From Methanomicrobia archaeon (GTDB lineage: Archaea; Halobacteriota; Syntropharchaeia; Alkanophagales; Methanospirareceae), in assembly GCA_011049045.1 (NCBI GenBank), contig DSCO01000060.1, positions 1,348-65,347 on the forward strand: 64,000 bases of DNA, read 5' to 3'. Shown in pieces: positions 9,697 through 18,512 of the stretch. The position numbers were made by a program, and so were the translations under genes. The notes under the pieces are model-generated. The model was not told where the DNA came from. It did not search any database and saw nothing but the letters and a program-made list of their open reading frames with translations. The stretch's first letter is position 1, and each line of letters begins with the position of its first letter.

Positions 9697-10187
9697 CCAC
9701 ACACATCATTTCGCTACTGGTTGAGGATCACCCGGGCGTGCTCACCCGGATGTCCGGCATGTTCACCATGCGCGGCATCAATATCATCTCGCTCACCGTC
9801 TCGCCCTGCGAGAAGGAAGGGCAGTCACGAATGACCGTCGTCATTGACGGGTCAGAAAGCGTTCTGGAGCAGGTGCGGAAGCAGCTCAGCAATCTGATCG
9901 AGGTGATTAAGGTCGCGGATCTTGTCAGGGCCAGGGCGATCATCCGGGATCTGTGCCTCATGAAGGTCCACATCAAGGACCCCACTGCGCGATCAGAGGT
10001 CATGCAGCTCGCGGAATCCTATGGCGCGAAGATCGCCGATGCGACCCTGGATTCCGTGATCCTTGAGCTGACTGAGGAGCCGGGCACGATCGACCGGTTT
10101 GTGGAGCTGATGCGGCATTTCGGGGTCAAACAGCTCTTCAGGACCGGGGTCACGGCTATTGGCCTGGGCTCGAGTGCGGAACGGTAG
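9693..10187 (+). CDS. ilvN: Acetolactate synthase small (regulatory) subunit
   Basis: 164 aa. ACT-domain start ISLLVEDHPGVLTRMSGMFTMRGINI. Start overlaps the ilvB stop (ATGA). Confidence 0.9.
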   Translation: MTTHIISLLVEDHPGVLTRMSGMFTMRGINIISLTVSPCEKEGQSRMTVVIDGSESVLEQVRKQLSNLIEVIKVADLVRARAIIRDLCLMKVHIKDPTARSEVMQLAESYGAKIADATLDSVILELTEEPGTIDRFVELMRHFGVKQLFRTGVTAIGLGSSAER

Positions 10188-10294
10188 GCACACTCGTGGG
10201 AAGGACGGGAACACCAGGAGACCTGGAGTGCAATGCGACCGGAGTGATCAGGTGCACTAGGTTTCCGCTATCAACGGTAGGTAACGGAACCGGA

Positions 10295-10307
10295 AAGCTA
10301 TATATGC
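10295..10307 (+). promoter_or_regulatory. BRE/TATA candidate for ilvC
   Basis: AAAGCTATATATG lies about 50 nt upstream of the ATG at 10357. Confidence 0.35.
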
Positions 10308-10356
10308 GATAAGTTCGGTTTCTTTCTGTAACCACTACATGGAGGAGGAAGAGTGC

Positions 10357-11361
10357 ATGACATTGAACGTATTACATGACGAGGACGTTGACGATAGCAT
10401 CTTGAGGGATAAGACCGTTGCGGTTATCGGGTATGGTTCACAGGGCGATGCGCAGGCGAACTGCCTGCGGGATTCCGGTGTGAACGTGATTATCGGTGAG
10501 ACAGAGGTATTGGGCGGTCAGCCGAACCGGAGCTGGCAGAAGGCAAAGGCTGATGGGTTTGCGGTCATGCCGATCGACGCGGCGGCGACAAAGGCCGACA
10601 TCGTCCATATTCTGCTGCCGGACGAGGTGCAGCCGATGGTCTATGAGCACCAGATCGCGCCGCAATTGCAGGCCGGTAAGGCGCTTTGCTTCTCACACGG
10701 GTTCAATATCTGCTTCAAACGCATCGTTCCGCCTGAAAACGTGGACGTGATCATGGTCGCCCCGAAGGCGCCGGGTACTGAGGAGCGCGTGGCGTACCTG
10801 GCGGGCTTCGGCGTTCCCGGGCTCGTGGCCGTGAAGCAAAACCCTTCGGGCCAGGCACGCGAGCTAGCGCTTGCCATGACGAAGGCGATGCACTGGACCA
10901 AGGCGGGTATCTTGGAGTGCACCTTCGAGCAGGAAACTTACGAAGATCTCTTCGGCGAGCAGTGCGTTCTCTGCGGCGGTCTGGTAGAGCTGATGAAGAA
11001 CGGCTTCGAGGTCCTGGTGGAAGCGGGCTATCCACCGGAGATGGCGTATTTCGAATGCGTGCACGAGATGAAGTTAATCGTTGATCTGGTCTGGCAGGGT
11101 GGTATCAAGCGCATGGCCGAGGTCATCTCGAACACCGCGGAATACGGCATGTGGGCTGTCGGACACACGATCATTGGGCCCGAAGTAAAGGCGAAGATGC
11201 AGGAGGCCCTGAAGCGGGTCGAGAACGGCGAGTTCGCTCAGGAATGGGTGGAGGAGTATAAGAGAGGTATTCCTTTCCTGAAGGCGAGCCGTGAGAACAT
11301 CGGGAAGCACCAGATAGAGACCGTGGGCGAGGAGATCAGGCAACTGTTCAAGAAGCCGTAA
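10357..11361 (+). CDS. ilvC: Ketol-acid reductoisomerase
   Basis: Class I KARI (VIGYGSQGDAQANCLRDSG Rossmann motif). ATG 10357 has GGAGGAGG 8 nt upstream. The track start at 10339 is an alternative. Confidence 0.9.
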   Translation: MTLNVLHDEDVDDSILRDKTVAVIGYGSQGDAQANCLRDSGVNVIIGETEVLGGQPNRSWQKAKADGFAVMPIDAAATKADIVHILLPDEVQPMVYEHQIAPQLQAGKALCFSHGFNICFKRIVPPENVDVIMVAPKAPGTEERVAYLAGFGVPGLVAVKQNPSGQARELALAMTKAMHWTKAGILECTFEQETYEDLFGEQCVLCGGLVELMKNGFEVLVEAGYPPEMAYFECVHEMKLIVDLVWQGGIKRMAEVISNTAEYGMWAVGHTIIGPEVKAKMQEALKRVENGEFAQEWVEEYKRGIPFLKASRENIGKHQIETVGEEIRQLFKKP

Positions 11362-11374
11362 GCTCCGCCTTCAG

Positions 11375-11998
11375 ATGCCCCTCGCCTTCTTGCCGCATCA
11401 GCCGACGAAGGTCGTGCTGGTCGGGCTCAATTACCGGGATCACGCACGGGAGCTGAAGATGCCGATCCCGGACGAGCCAATAATATTCTTGAAGCCGCCA
11501 ACAGCACTGATCGGACCCGAGGAGTTCATCGTCTACCCGGCGCAGTCAACGCGGGTGGATTACGAGGCTGAGCTGGCAGTAGTGATGAAGAGCACGTGCA
11601 GGAACGTCGAGCCTGATGCGGTGATGGACTTCGTCGAGGGGTTCACCTGCTTGAACGACGTCACGGCGCGTGACCTGCAGCGTAAGGACGTGCAGTGGAC
11701 ACGGGCGAAGAGCTTCGATACCTTCTGCCCCGTGGGCCCGCGGGTCAGTAGCAACATCGATCCGAACAACCTTCGGATACAGAGCTACCTGAATGGCGAG
11801 CTGAGGCAGGATTCCACTACCACAAATTTCATCTTTACCACCGAGGAGCTGGTCTCGTTCATCTCCAACGTGATGACGCTACAAAAAGGGGACCTCATAG
11901 CAACCGGAACGCCGAGCGGGATCGGGGCACTGCAGCGTGGAGATACGATTGAGATTGTACTAGAGGGCGTGGGAACGCTGCGGAATTACGTGCGATGA
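11375..11998 (+). CDS. Fumarylacetoacetate hydrolase (FAH) family protein
   Basis: 207 aa. NYRDHA, YEAELAVV, KSFDTFCPVGP and GTPSGIG motifs match FAH/2-keto-4-pentenoate hydratase-like enzymes. Confidence 0.85.
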   Translation: MPLAFLPHQPTKVVLVGLNYRDHARELKMPIPDEPIIFLKPPTALIGPEEFIVYPAQSTRVDYEAELAVVMKSTCRNVEPDAVMDFVEGFTCLNDVTARDLQRKDVQWTRAKSFDTFCPVGPRVSSNIDPNNLRIQSYLNGELRQDSTTTNFIFTTEELVSFISNVMTLQKGDLIATGTPSGIGALQRGDTIEIVLEGVGTLRNYVR

Positions 11999-12272
11999 GA
12001 TAACCTTGGAGAACCTATACCTGACGATCCTGAACAATAGTTGCTGTAAGCCAACGAACTTAGGTCGAAGCGGCTCAGACCGTTTCACACTGAGATAGAT
12101 AGATAGATATAACGCCATCCTCTTTGGTTCGGTTAATACGTTCATCAGAGGTCTTTGCCGGGGTATGACAGCCGGGAAGCTCAATCACGTCGGAAATGAG
12201 GTAGCCATGCCATCTTCGCCCCCTTCAACAATCACCGTAAATTTTTCGGCCATAAACAGGCTGTCCCGCAAC

Positions 12273-13934
12273 TTACTCTTGAGAACACACTCGCAATTTA
12301 CGGGCACACGATAATCCTATGAATCCACACACCTTAGATGACCAAGTGACGATTGACGCACCGATGTTTTTTACCGACACTGAAACACACCTCATTTTTC
12401 CCAGGTCTGGTATGCTCTTCCCTAATCTACCCCACAGCACCTTCAGGTTATGGGCCGTGCACACCAGATTATACTCGATTCGCACACCTCCGGTGCCCCT
12501 TGTCAGGAACCCGCGGAACTTCATATTGTGCTTGATATTACCGAACGGCCACTCGACCGTCTCTTTTCGTTTCCCGTACTCCTCTTTACCTTCGGCCGTA
12601 CGCATCTTCGCGGCCATACGCCGCCGTTCCGCCTCGTACTCATCGCTCAAGATGACTCGGTGCTGGTTTTTCCTCGCACAGTCCCGCCTGAACGGGCAGT
12701 CGCGGCAGTTCGCGCCGTAATACACGTACACCCGTTTGCCCTTATACTCGTACTCGCCCGTTCTGCTGAGGAACTCGCCATTGGGACAGCGAAACTGGTC
12801 TTTCTCCACATCATAGGCGAATTTATCCTTCGCATACGGACCTCCCTCAACCTTCTTGCGCTTCTGCTCCTGCGCCTGCTTGCTGTCGGGAATATAGCCA
12901 TTCAGCCCCCGTTGCTCCAGATACCGGAGGTTCTCGCCGCTGAAGTAGCCGTTGTCCGAGCTCACCTTCGTCCCTTCAGGCAAGCTACCCAGATTCTTTT
13001 CCGTCAGCTCGATCTGCGGCTGCAGCTGGTGACGGTCGGTGCAATCCGGCGTGACGTCATTGGCGAGGATTATGCCCGAATCGTGGTCCACGGTGCTCGG
13101 TCCATTGTAGGCGAGCTCCGTTCGTTGCCCGCTCTTCATAAACCGCGCCTCGGGGTCACTTAGACTGACGGCACGCTGTTCACTCTTCGTGATCTCTTCC
13201 TCTGCCTTATCGAGCTTCTCAAGGATCTTTTCCTTCTGGCGCTCATCGCCGAGCTCGTACTGCTCGATCAGCTGCTTCGCTGCACGCTTCAAGCTCTTGC
13301 CCGAAGCTTCTTTATACTCCTCGATCTTCCTCCGGATCTTCTCCCGTGTATCGAGCTCGGGCGGAAGTTCATCGCCACGCTTATCACCATAAAGCTGATC
13401 CTCCTCTTCATCGACCGCAATCCCGCGTTCGAGCATCTTCCTGATCTCTTCGAGCTCAGCCTTACTCAGCGTAAACTTCTTCGAGGCGTTGGCTTTGAGC
13501 TTCGTCCCGTCCGTCGAGATATGCCCCCGGGTCACGATGCCCGCAGCTTTGGCGACCACGACGGTCTTCTTAAAGGTCTCTTCAAGCAGCCCTTTGCATT
13601 CCCTTTTAAAATTGCAGATCGTCCTGAAATCAGGCTTATCATTACCTGCAAGATACATATAGACGACATTCTCTCGAGCAAGCTTTGCTAAGTTCCGCGA
13701 AGACCAGACGGCAATAACAGAAGCCATGATCACTAATCTCAGCAATACCCGGCGTGAATATGCTGGATTGCCAGGTGTGAATTTGTACCTCTCTTCCGTT
13801 TCACTCATATCCATGCTATTCACAACGTCAGCAACAAAATGACAGATATGGTCTTCAGGTATGAGCTCTAGCAATGACACTGGCAGTAGCCATGTCTGCC
13901 CCATTTTATCATCTCGCACCGTCATTTCTATCAA
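12273..13934 (-). CDS. IS1182-family (IS5-like) DDE transposase
   Basis: 553 aa. N-terminal WLLPVSLLELIPEDHICHFV and C-terminal ETVEWPFGNIKHNMKFRGFLTRG...NLVCTAHNLK are hallmarks of IS1182/InsH-type transposases. Confidence 0.8.
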   Translation of the reverse strand: MIEMTVRDDKMGQTWLLPVSLLELIPEDHICHFVADVVNSMDMSETEERYKFTPGNPAYSRRVLLRLVIMASVIAVWSSRNLAKLARENVVYMYLAGNDKPDFRTICNFKRECKGLLEETFKKTVVVAKAAGIVTRGHISTDGTKLKANASKKFTLSKAELEEIRKMLERGIAVDEEEDQLYGDKRGDELPPELDTREKIRRKIEEYKEASGKSLKRAAKQLIEQYELGDERQKEKILEKLDKAEEEITKSEQRAVSLSDPEARFMKSGQRTELAYNGPSTVDHDSGIILANDVTPDCTDRHQLQPQIELTEKNLGSLPEGTKVSSDNGYFSGENLRYLEQRGLNGYIPDSKQAQEQKRKKVEGGPYAKDKFAYDVEKDQFRCPNGEFLSRTGEYEYKGKRVYVYYGANCRDCPFRRDCARKNQHRVILSDEYEAERRRMAAKMRTAEGKEEYGKRKETVEWPFGNIKHNMKFRGFLTRGTGGVRIEYNLVCTAHNLKVLWGRLGKSIPDLGKMRCVSVSVKNIGASIVTWSSKVCGFIGLSCARKLRVCSQE

Positions 13935-13981
13935 TAATCCGATCGTATACTACTATTATTAAAATCTCTATAAAAGCTTTT
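12273..13981 (-). mobile_element. IS1182-family insertion sequence (minimum extent; termini not resolved)
   Basis: Transposase gene plus its BRE/TATA (13967-13981), flanked by A/T-rich DNA on the right. I could not find convincing terminal inverted repeats or a target duplication by eye. Confidence 0.5.
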
Positions 13982-14363
13982 CGGTTGATGTTATATTATA
14001 TTTGAACTGCTCTACACTATTCTATACTATTGTCTCTCAATTCAGAATAGATGAGCAAAAAAGAGCTGGGAACTCAGAGAAAGGATTATTTTGACTGGGC
14101 GCGATGGCCTTTTTGAGGAAAACAATCACTTTAGGGGTGATGAAGAATTGTTGGACCGCCTGTAAAAAGTACTGGACGAGCGAGACAGAGATAAAGATCA
14201 CTCTAACGCTCTAACGTGGAATGGATGCTCAGGGTCATCGAACGCCTTCGCTACTTTGAAGAGCTAGTTCGCCCGTGCAATCGTCATGCTCGATCACAGC
14301 AGGCACCGTACCCGCATGTGCGTGCTTGCTATCGGGAAGTTGGCCCGGTCCCGCAAGCCTGAT

Positions 14364-14798
14364 CTACGATAGATTCGCCGGTACAATCCCGTAACAAGAC
14401 CATAGCACCACTTTCATGAGCGCGCCGATCAGGATCGAGTACGTTACATTGACCATCGTGCCCGCGAGATAAAAGAGGGTATTCGTACTTATGTCCTCTC
14501 TCCGGACGACCGTTTTGGCCGCAAAAATCAGGGCTAGAGCGGTGTACGCATCCAGGAGCATGAAGGTAAGGATTAAGAAGTTCTCGCATTTGCCCACGAC
14601 CGCGCCGGTATCGAGCGCCTTCTGAGAGACACCGAATTTGCCTGCTGCCGCACTGGCAGAGTCAGATCCACCGGCTCTGGACTCGTCCCTTGTGATCAGC
14701 GATAAAACAACCCACACCACACGACCACTGGTTAACAGCAGAACCAGATAACCGGTAACAAGGATCAGTGCTAACCAGAGCATGTTACTACTGGTCAT
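14364..14798 (-). CDS. Small multi-pass membrane protein, translationally coupled to the SatD-like gene
   Basis: 144 aa with about 4 hydrophobic helices. Its ATG overlaps the upstream stop (ATGA at 14795-14798). Confidence 0.6.
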   Translation of the reverse strand: MTSSNMLWLALILVTGYLVLLLTSGRVVWVVLSLITRDESRAGGSDSASAAAGKFGVSQKALDTGAVVGKCENFLILTFMLLDAYTALALIFAAKTVVRREDISTNTLFYLAGTMVNVTYSILIGALMKVVLWSCYGIVPANLS

Positions 14799-15493
14799 GG
14801 TGAGTGCTCCGCGAATTCTGAGTGCCGCATCCGAGCCGCATAGTGCTTGAGTGCGTAATCCAATTTCTCTTCAATAATTTCCAGCTCTTTCCACATGGTT
14901 CGGGCAAGCGTTTTAGAAACAGCCTGTTGTGATATCCCCAGATCTGCTGCTATCTCTGCTTGCAGTTTGTGTTTCCTGTATTCTTCAACTATCTGGAACT
15001 GCCGCGGGCTCCAGGTGTTCTTCGTTATCAAAATGAGATTAATCAAGCCAAATAGCGAAGCGTCAAGTACCTCGTCCTGTACGGACATATCAAACAGAAG
15101 CTTTGACTTTTTCAGTGAAAGTAACATCTCAGATGCTTTATGGAAAGCAGGGCCATCCATTATAGAGACATCCCGGGTTTTAAGCCCAGTATCAACGTAG
15201 TCATACACGAGCACAAATCGCGCTGCGTTCGGATATAATCGCGCTAATAGGGTGGTAATTAGTCTGTAGCTATCCGTGATAGTGGCCAGTGCACAACCAA
15301 ATTCATCCACTCCTTTCAAAATCTTGAATCCCGCGTATATATCCGGATACCTCTCATTAACCTCCCGACCCGCTTCCAATAAGGTCCGCTGAAAGGCCGC
15401 TCTGTTCGTGATCGTTCGTGAGGCGACCACGTCACCGAGCAGCACAACCAGCTTCCGCCTGCCCGTATTCGCGCCCGGGCCCCTCTCCGCCAT
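14795..15493 (-). CDS. SatD-family protein (cyclase/GGDEF-like palm region plus C-terminal HTH)
   Basis: VVLLGDVVASR, KGVDEFGCAL and DGPAFHKASEML motifs, then HTH LQAEIAADLGISQQAVSKTLAR. The track start 15529 lies inside the TATA box. ATG 15493 (or 15505) fits a leaderless transcript. Confidence 0.7.
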   Translation of the reverse strand: MAERGPGANTGRRKLVVLLGDVVASRTITNRAAFQRTLLEAGREVNERYPDIYAGFKILKGVDEFGCALATITDSYRLITTLLARLYPNAARFVLVYDYVDTGLKTRDVSIMDGPAFHKASEMLLSLKKSKLLFDMSVQDEVLDASLFGLINLILITKNTWSPRQFQIVEEYRKHKLQAEIAADLGISQQAVSKTLARTMWKELEIIEEKLDYALKHYAARMRHSEFAEHSP

Positions 15494-15517
15494 GGTAACA
15501 ACCATGTATGTTGTAAC

Positions 15518-15526
15518 TATATAAAA
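15518..15526 (-). promoter_or_regulatory. TATA box for the SatD-like operon
   Basis: Minus-strand TTTTATATA lies about 25 nt upstream of ATG 15493, suggesting a leaderless or near-leaderless mRNA. Confidence 0.45.
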
Positions 15527-15871
15527 CAATTGTATACGTTTGTACCATCGCGGGGTTGTTGTGGCGCTCTACCGCGGTGCTTGTCCGAATGAGAGTACCG
15601 GCGCAGAAGGCTTTTTTTAAAAAAAAAGCATCATGTCGCTTATTGCGGTTAATGCCGCGATAACCCGTTACGCACGCACGGCTGCTATTAGCGCTTTGAT
15701 CGTCTTACCACAGTCTCATATCGCCGGATTCTCGCATCCGCTCAGGTTTGGCGATGCTTACTCGAATTAACTAACGCTCAGCGCGGTAACAGGTTAACTT
15801 GTGAGTTTTAAGCTAGTGGAACGGTGAGATCAGTGAGTATCGCACCAAAATGCCACTCAGGAGAAACACCC

Positions 15872-16654
15872 ATGGATAATACCCGTACTTATGGTGCGCC
15901 GCCCTTCACGGTTGCGGTCGTTCATGGCGGGCCCGGCGCACCGGGTGAGATGGCCCCGGTCGCGCGCACACTTGCGCCCCACGTGGGAGTGCTCGAGCCG
16001 CTGCAAACGGCATGCACACTCGACGGGCAAGTCCAGGAATTACAGGCGAGCCTGCAGCATACCGCTGACCTGCCCGTCACCCTGATCGGCTGGTCCTGGG
16101 GCGCGTGGCTCAGCTTCATGCTCGCCGCGCGTCATCCCGAATCGGTGAAGAAGCTCATACTCGTTGGTTGCGGGCCCTTTGAAACGGGGTATGCCGCACA
16201 TATCACAGGCGTCCGGTTACGCCGGCTCAGTGCAGCAGAACGCGCGGACGTGCTCGCGCTCTCCGCAGCTCTGGGCGATCCTGCCGTCGCGGATAAGAGT
16301 ATGATCATGGCTCGAGTGGGCACCATACTGGCAAAGGCGGACGCTTATGACCCGTTGCTCCATGAACGCGAGTATCTCGAATGCCAGTACCGGATTCACC
16401 AGCGCGTCTGGGCTGAGGCTGACGCGTTCAGACGTAGCGGGGAGCTGCTCGCACTCGGCACGAGAATCACCTGCCCGGTCGTTGCTCTACACGGCGACTT
16501 TGATCCCCATCCGGCCGAAGGGGTCAAGGAGCCACTTGCGCGGGTGCTCGCCGATTTCCAGTTCGTGCTGCTGCAGCATTGCGGGCATTGCCCCTGGATC
16601 GAGCGGCGCGCAAAAGATCGGTTCTTCCAGATCATCAAGGAAGAGCTGGAATGA
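15872..16654 (+). CDS. Alpha/beta-fold hydrolase
   Basis: Nucleophile elbow GWSWG, HGGPG oxyanion region and C-terminal HCGHCPW. Start taken at MDNTRTY (15872), with AGGAG upstream. Confidence 0.8.
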   Translation: MDNTRTYGAPPFTVAVVHGGPGAPGEMAPVARTLAPHVGVLEPLQTACTLDGQVQELQASLQHTADLPVTLIGWSWGAWLSFMLAARHPESVKKLILVGCGPFETGYAAHITGVRLRRLSAAERADVLALSAALGDPAVADKSMIMARVGTILAKADAYDPLLHEREYLECQYRIHQRVWAEADAFRRSGELLALGTRITCPVVALHGDFDPHPAEGVKEPLARVLADFQFVLLQHCGHCPWIERRAKDRFFQIIKEELE

Positions 16655-16791
16655 AGTCGTGCCACCAAAGCGTGCGTGCACGAACGTTTTTTCTCAGGTA
16701 CCGTACGGAGCGCAGAAAAGAGTGCACCCCAACGCTTTTATAGCTGGCCTCTGTATCAATTCGTACAGTACAGGTGTGGTGCTCCTGCAAA

Positions 16792-17292
16792 ATGGTATCA
16801 AAAGATTCATTCACCGTGGATATAAAACTGGTTCCGGAACTGCAGGTAGCGTATATCCCCCACGGTGGCCCGTACAAGGGCGATACTGGGCTCTTCGAAC
16901 GGCTCTTCGAACGGCTCTTCGCCTGGGCTGGTGCACGCAACCTCCTTCAACCCGAGACGAAGGCACTGGCGGTCTATTACGCTGATCCGGAGGTCACCGA
17001 TGAGAGCCAGCTCAGCATGAGCGTCTGCATAACCGTGCCTGAGGGCACGGAAGCCGGAGACAGCGTGGACGTGATGACCCTGCCGGACGGGACATACGCT
17101 ATTGCTCATTTCGAGATCGATCAAGACGAATACGAAGCTGCGTGGAACGCGCTTTACGGTCTTTGGCTGCCAGAAAGTGGCTATCAGCCCGATAATTACC
17201 GCGCTCCATTTGAGCTGTATCTCAACGATCCCCGTGAACATCCGCAACACAAGCACATCGTTGATATCTACCTGCCGCTGGAATCGCGCTAG
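16792..17292 (+). CDS. GyrI-like small-molecule-binding domain protein
   Basis: About 166 aa with the pattern of AraC effector-binding/GyrI-like domains (VAYIPHGGPY...YAIAHFEIDQDEYEAAWNALYG...YLNDP). Contains an in-frame 12-bp tandem repeat. Confidence 0.7.
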   Translation: MVSKDSFTVDIKLVPELQVAYIPHGGPYKGDTGLFERLFERLFAWAGARNLLQPETKALAVYYADPEVTDESQLSMSVCITVPEGTEAGDSVDVMTLPDGTYAIAHFEIDQDEYEAAWNALYGLWLPESGYQPDNYRAPFELYLNDPREHPQHKHIVDIYLPLESR

Positions 17293-17599
17293 CTCGTCCT
17301 GATAGGGGCTCAAGTTGCCCTACCATGATCTGGCTGGCAGCGCTGACGGCCTGGTACTCTTGAGACGCCATGATGAGCTGATCAAAAGTTTTAAATACCT
17401 CTACTTCTACCCCTTACATACCCGAAAGGGATGGTTTCGTGCTGAAATAATGAAGCCGCTGTGTGTGGTTGGCCGGCGTGTAGCGAAGTTATCCTGGCTG
17501 CTGAAGGCAGCGAGCGACGATTCTCGTTTCAGGTTCGGGGCACTTATTTATATACCTGATAGTACCAGCACAAAGGAGCTGGATGGAAGGAAAGAAAAA

Positions 17600-18265
17600 A
17601 TGAACGGAAAAAGAACGCCTAAAAAAGTGGGTGGTTTGATCTCAATGGCGATTGTACTGCTGTCCATCCTTACAGCAACCGTATGGATAACGCCAGTCGG
17701 CGCGGCGACGGTGACCAGGCATCTTCCGATTTCGGTGGCGCCAAATGAGCAGTTCACGGTGACCTTGACTCAGACCGGATTTCTGTTTGATACTGGTTTG
17801 GTCTGGGAAGTGCTCCCCGAGGGGTTCGAGTACATTAACGGCACTTACACCGGTAATGCTTTGGATTGGGTTGTTACCTACGATCCCACAACGCGAACGC
17901 TCCGAGTGGGGTTTCGTGGGGAAAACTATATCTCATATGGTGCCAAAGCAAGTCCGTATGCACAAACTGCGGTGTTTGGTGGGACCTATAGCTATTTTGA
18001 TAATGGGACAGTGGAAGGTAATGTTACCGGAAAAGCGACGGTAACTGTAACAGGAACACCAACACCGACTCCAACTCCTGGAGTTCCTCGATGGGATATT
18101 AACGAAGACTGTACGGTAAACTACATAGATTTAGCTATCTTATCAGCGCATTGGAATGAGACAACAACAGCATTATATCCCAGGTACGATATCAATGCGG
18201 ACGGAATGGTAAACTACATAGATCTAACAATCCTTTCGGCGCATTGGAACGAGTCAACTTGTTAG
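17600..18265 (+). CDS. Secreted/anchored protein with Pro-Thr linker and two dockerin-type repeats
   Basis: ATG 17600 follows AAGGAG. Signal/TM segment GGLISMAIVLLSILTATVW, TGTPTPTPTPG linker, then DINEDCTVNYIDLAILSAHWNE and DINADGMVNYIDLTILSAHWNE. Confidence 0.7.
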   Translation: MNGKRTPKKVGGLISMAIVLLSILTATVWITPVGAATVTRHLPISVAPNEQFTVTLTQTGFLFDTGLVWEVLPEGFEYINGTYTGNALDWVVTYDPTTRTLRVGFRGENYISYGAKASPYAQTAVFGGTYSYFDNGTVEGNVTGKATVTVTGTPTPTPTPGVPRWDINEDCTVNYIDLAILSAHWNETTTALYPRYDINADGMVNYIDLTILSAHWNESTC

Positions 18266-18512
18266 GTATGAGGACAGAAACCGGAGCAGGCAAGGTATAC
18301 CCGAAATATAATAATCGCCGTAGTTAGTGGGGTCTATCCTTCTATTCTCGATGCTATTTTATGCAATAACGACACTAGTGTTAGCAATTCACCACCAATC
18401 GCCCGTGTTTCACCCGCTTTTACAGTGCGTGTGATGATCATGATCTAACTGCTTATAGTCCCCGGTAGTCAGATCGCAGGATGCACGGATGAGTCCTGAA
18501 ACGATCCGTTGC

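Noticed and set aside
12094-12109. (GATA)4 microsatellite
   Set aside because: Too short to support any functional claim. Noted only as a possible polymorphic marker.
12118-12124. TTCGGTT at 12118-12124 and 13980-13986 as a possible target-site duplication of the IS1182-type element
   Set aside because: It is only 7 nt. The adjacent sequences align poorly as inverted repeats (about 11 of 19), which is compatible with chance.
12165-12176. TGACAGCC 8-mer resembling the right terminus of the 18.5-kb IS (possible solo end)
   Set aside because: No flanking similarity extends beyond the 8-mer. One or two such matches are expected by chance in 64 kb on both strands.
14137-14143. C-box-like GTGATGA here and at 57253-57259 (C/D box sRNA search)
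   Set aside because: No CTGA D box at the expected 50-70 nt distance and no terminal stem.
17315-17599. N-terminal extensions of track ORFs (17315-17599, 5301-5507, 15506-15529, 33412-33471, 38068-38106, 62159-62239, 20045-20086)
   Set aside because: The extensions overlap promoters or neighbouring genes and lack signal or domain content. In-frame ATGs with Shine-Dalgarno or TATA spacing give products that start where homology or signal peptides begin.
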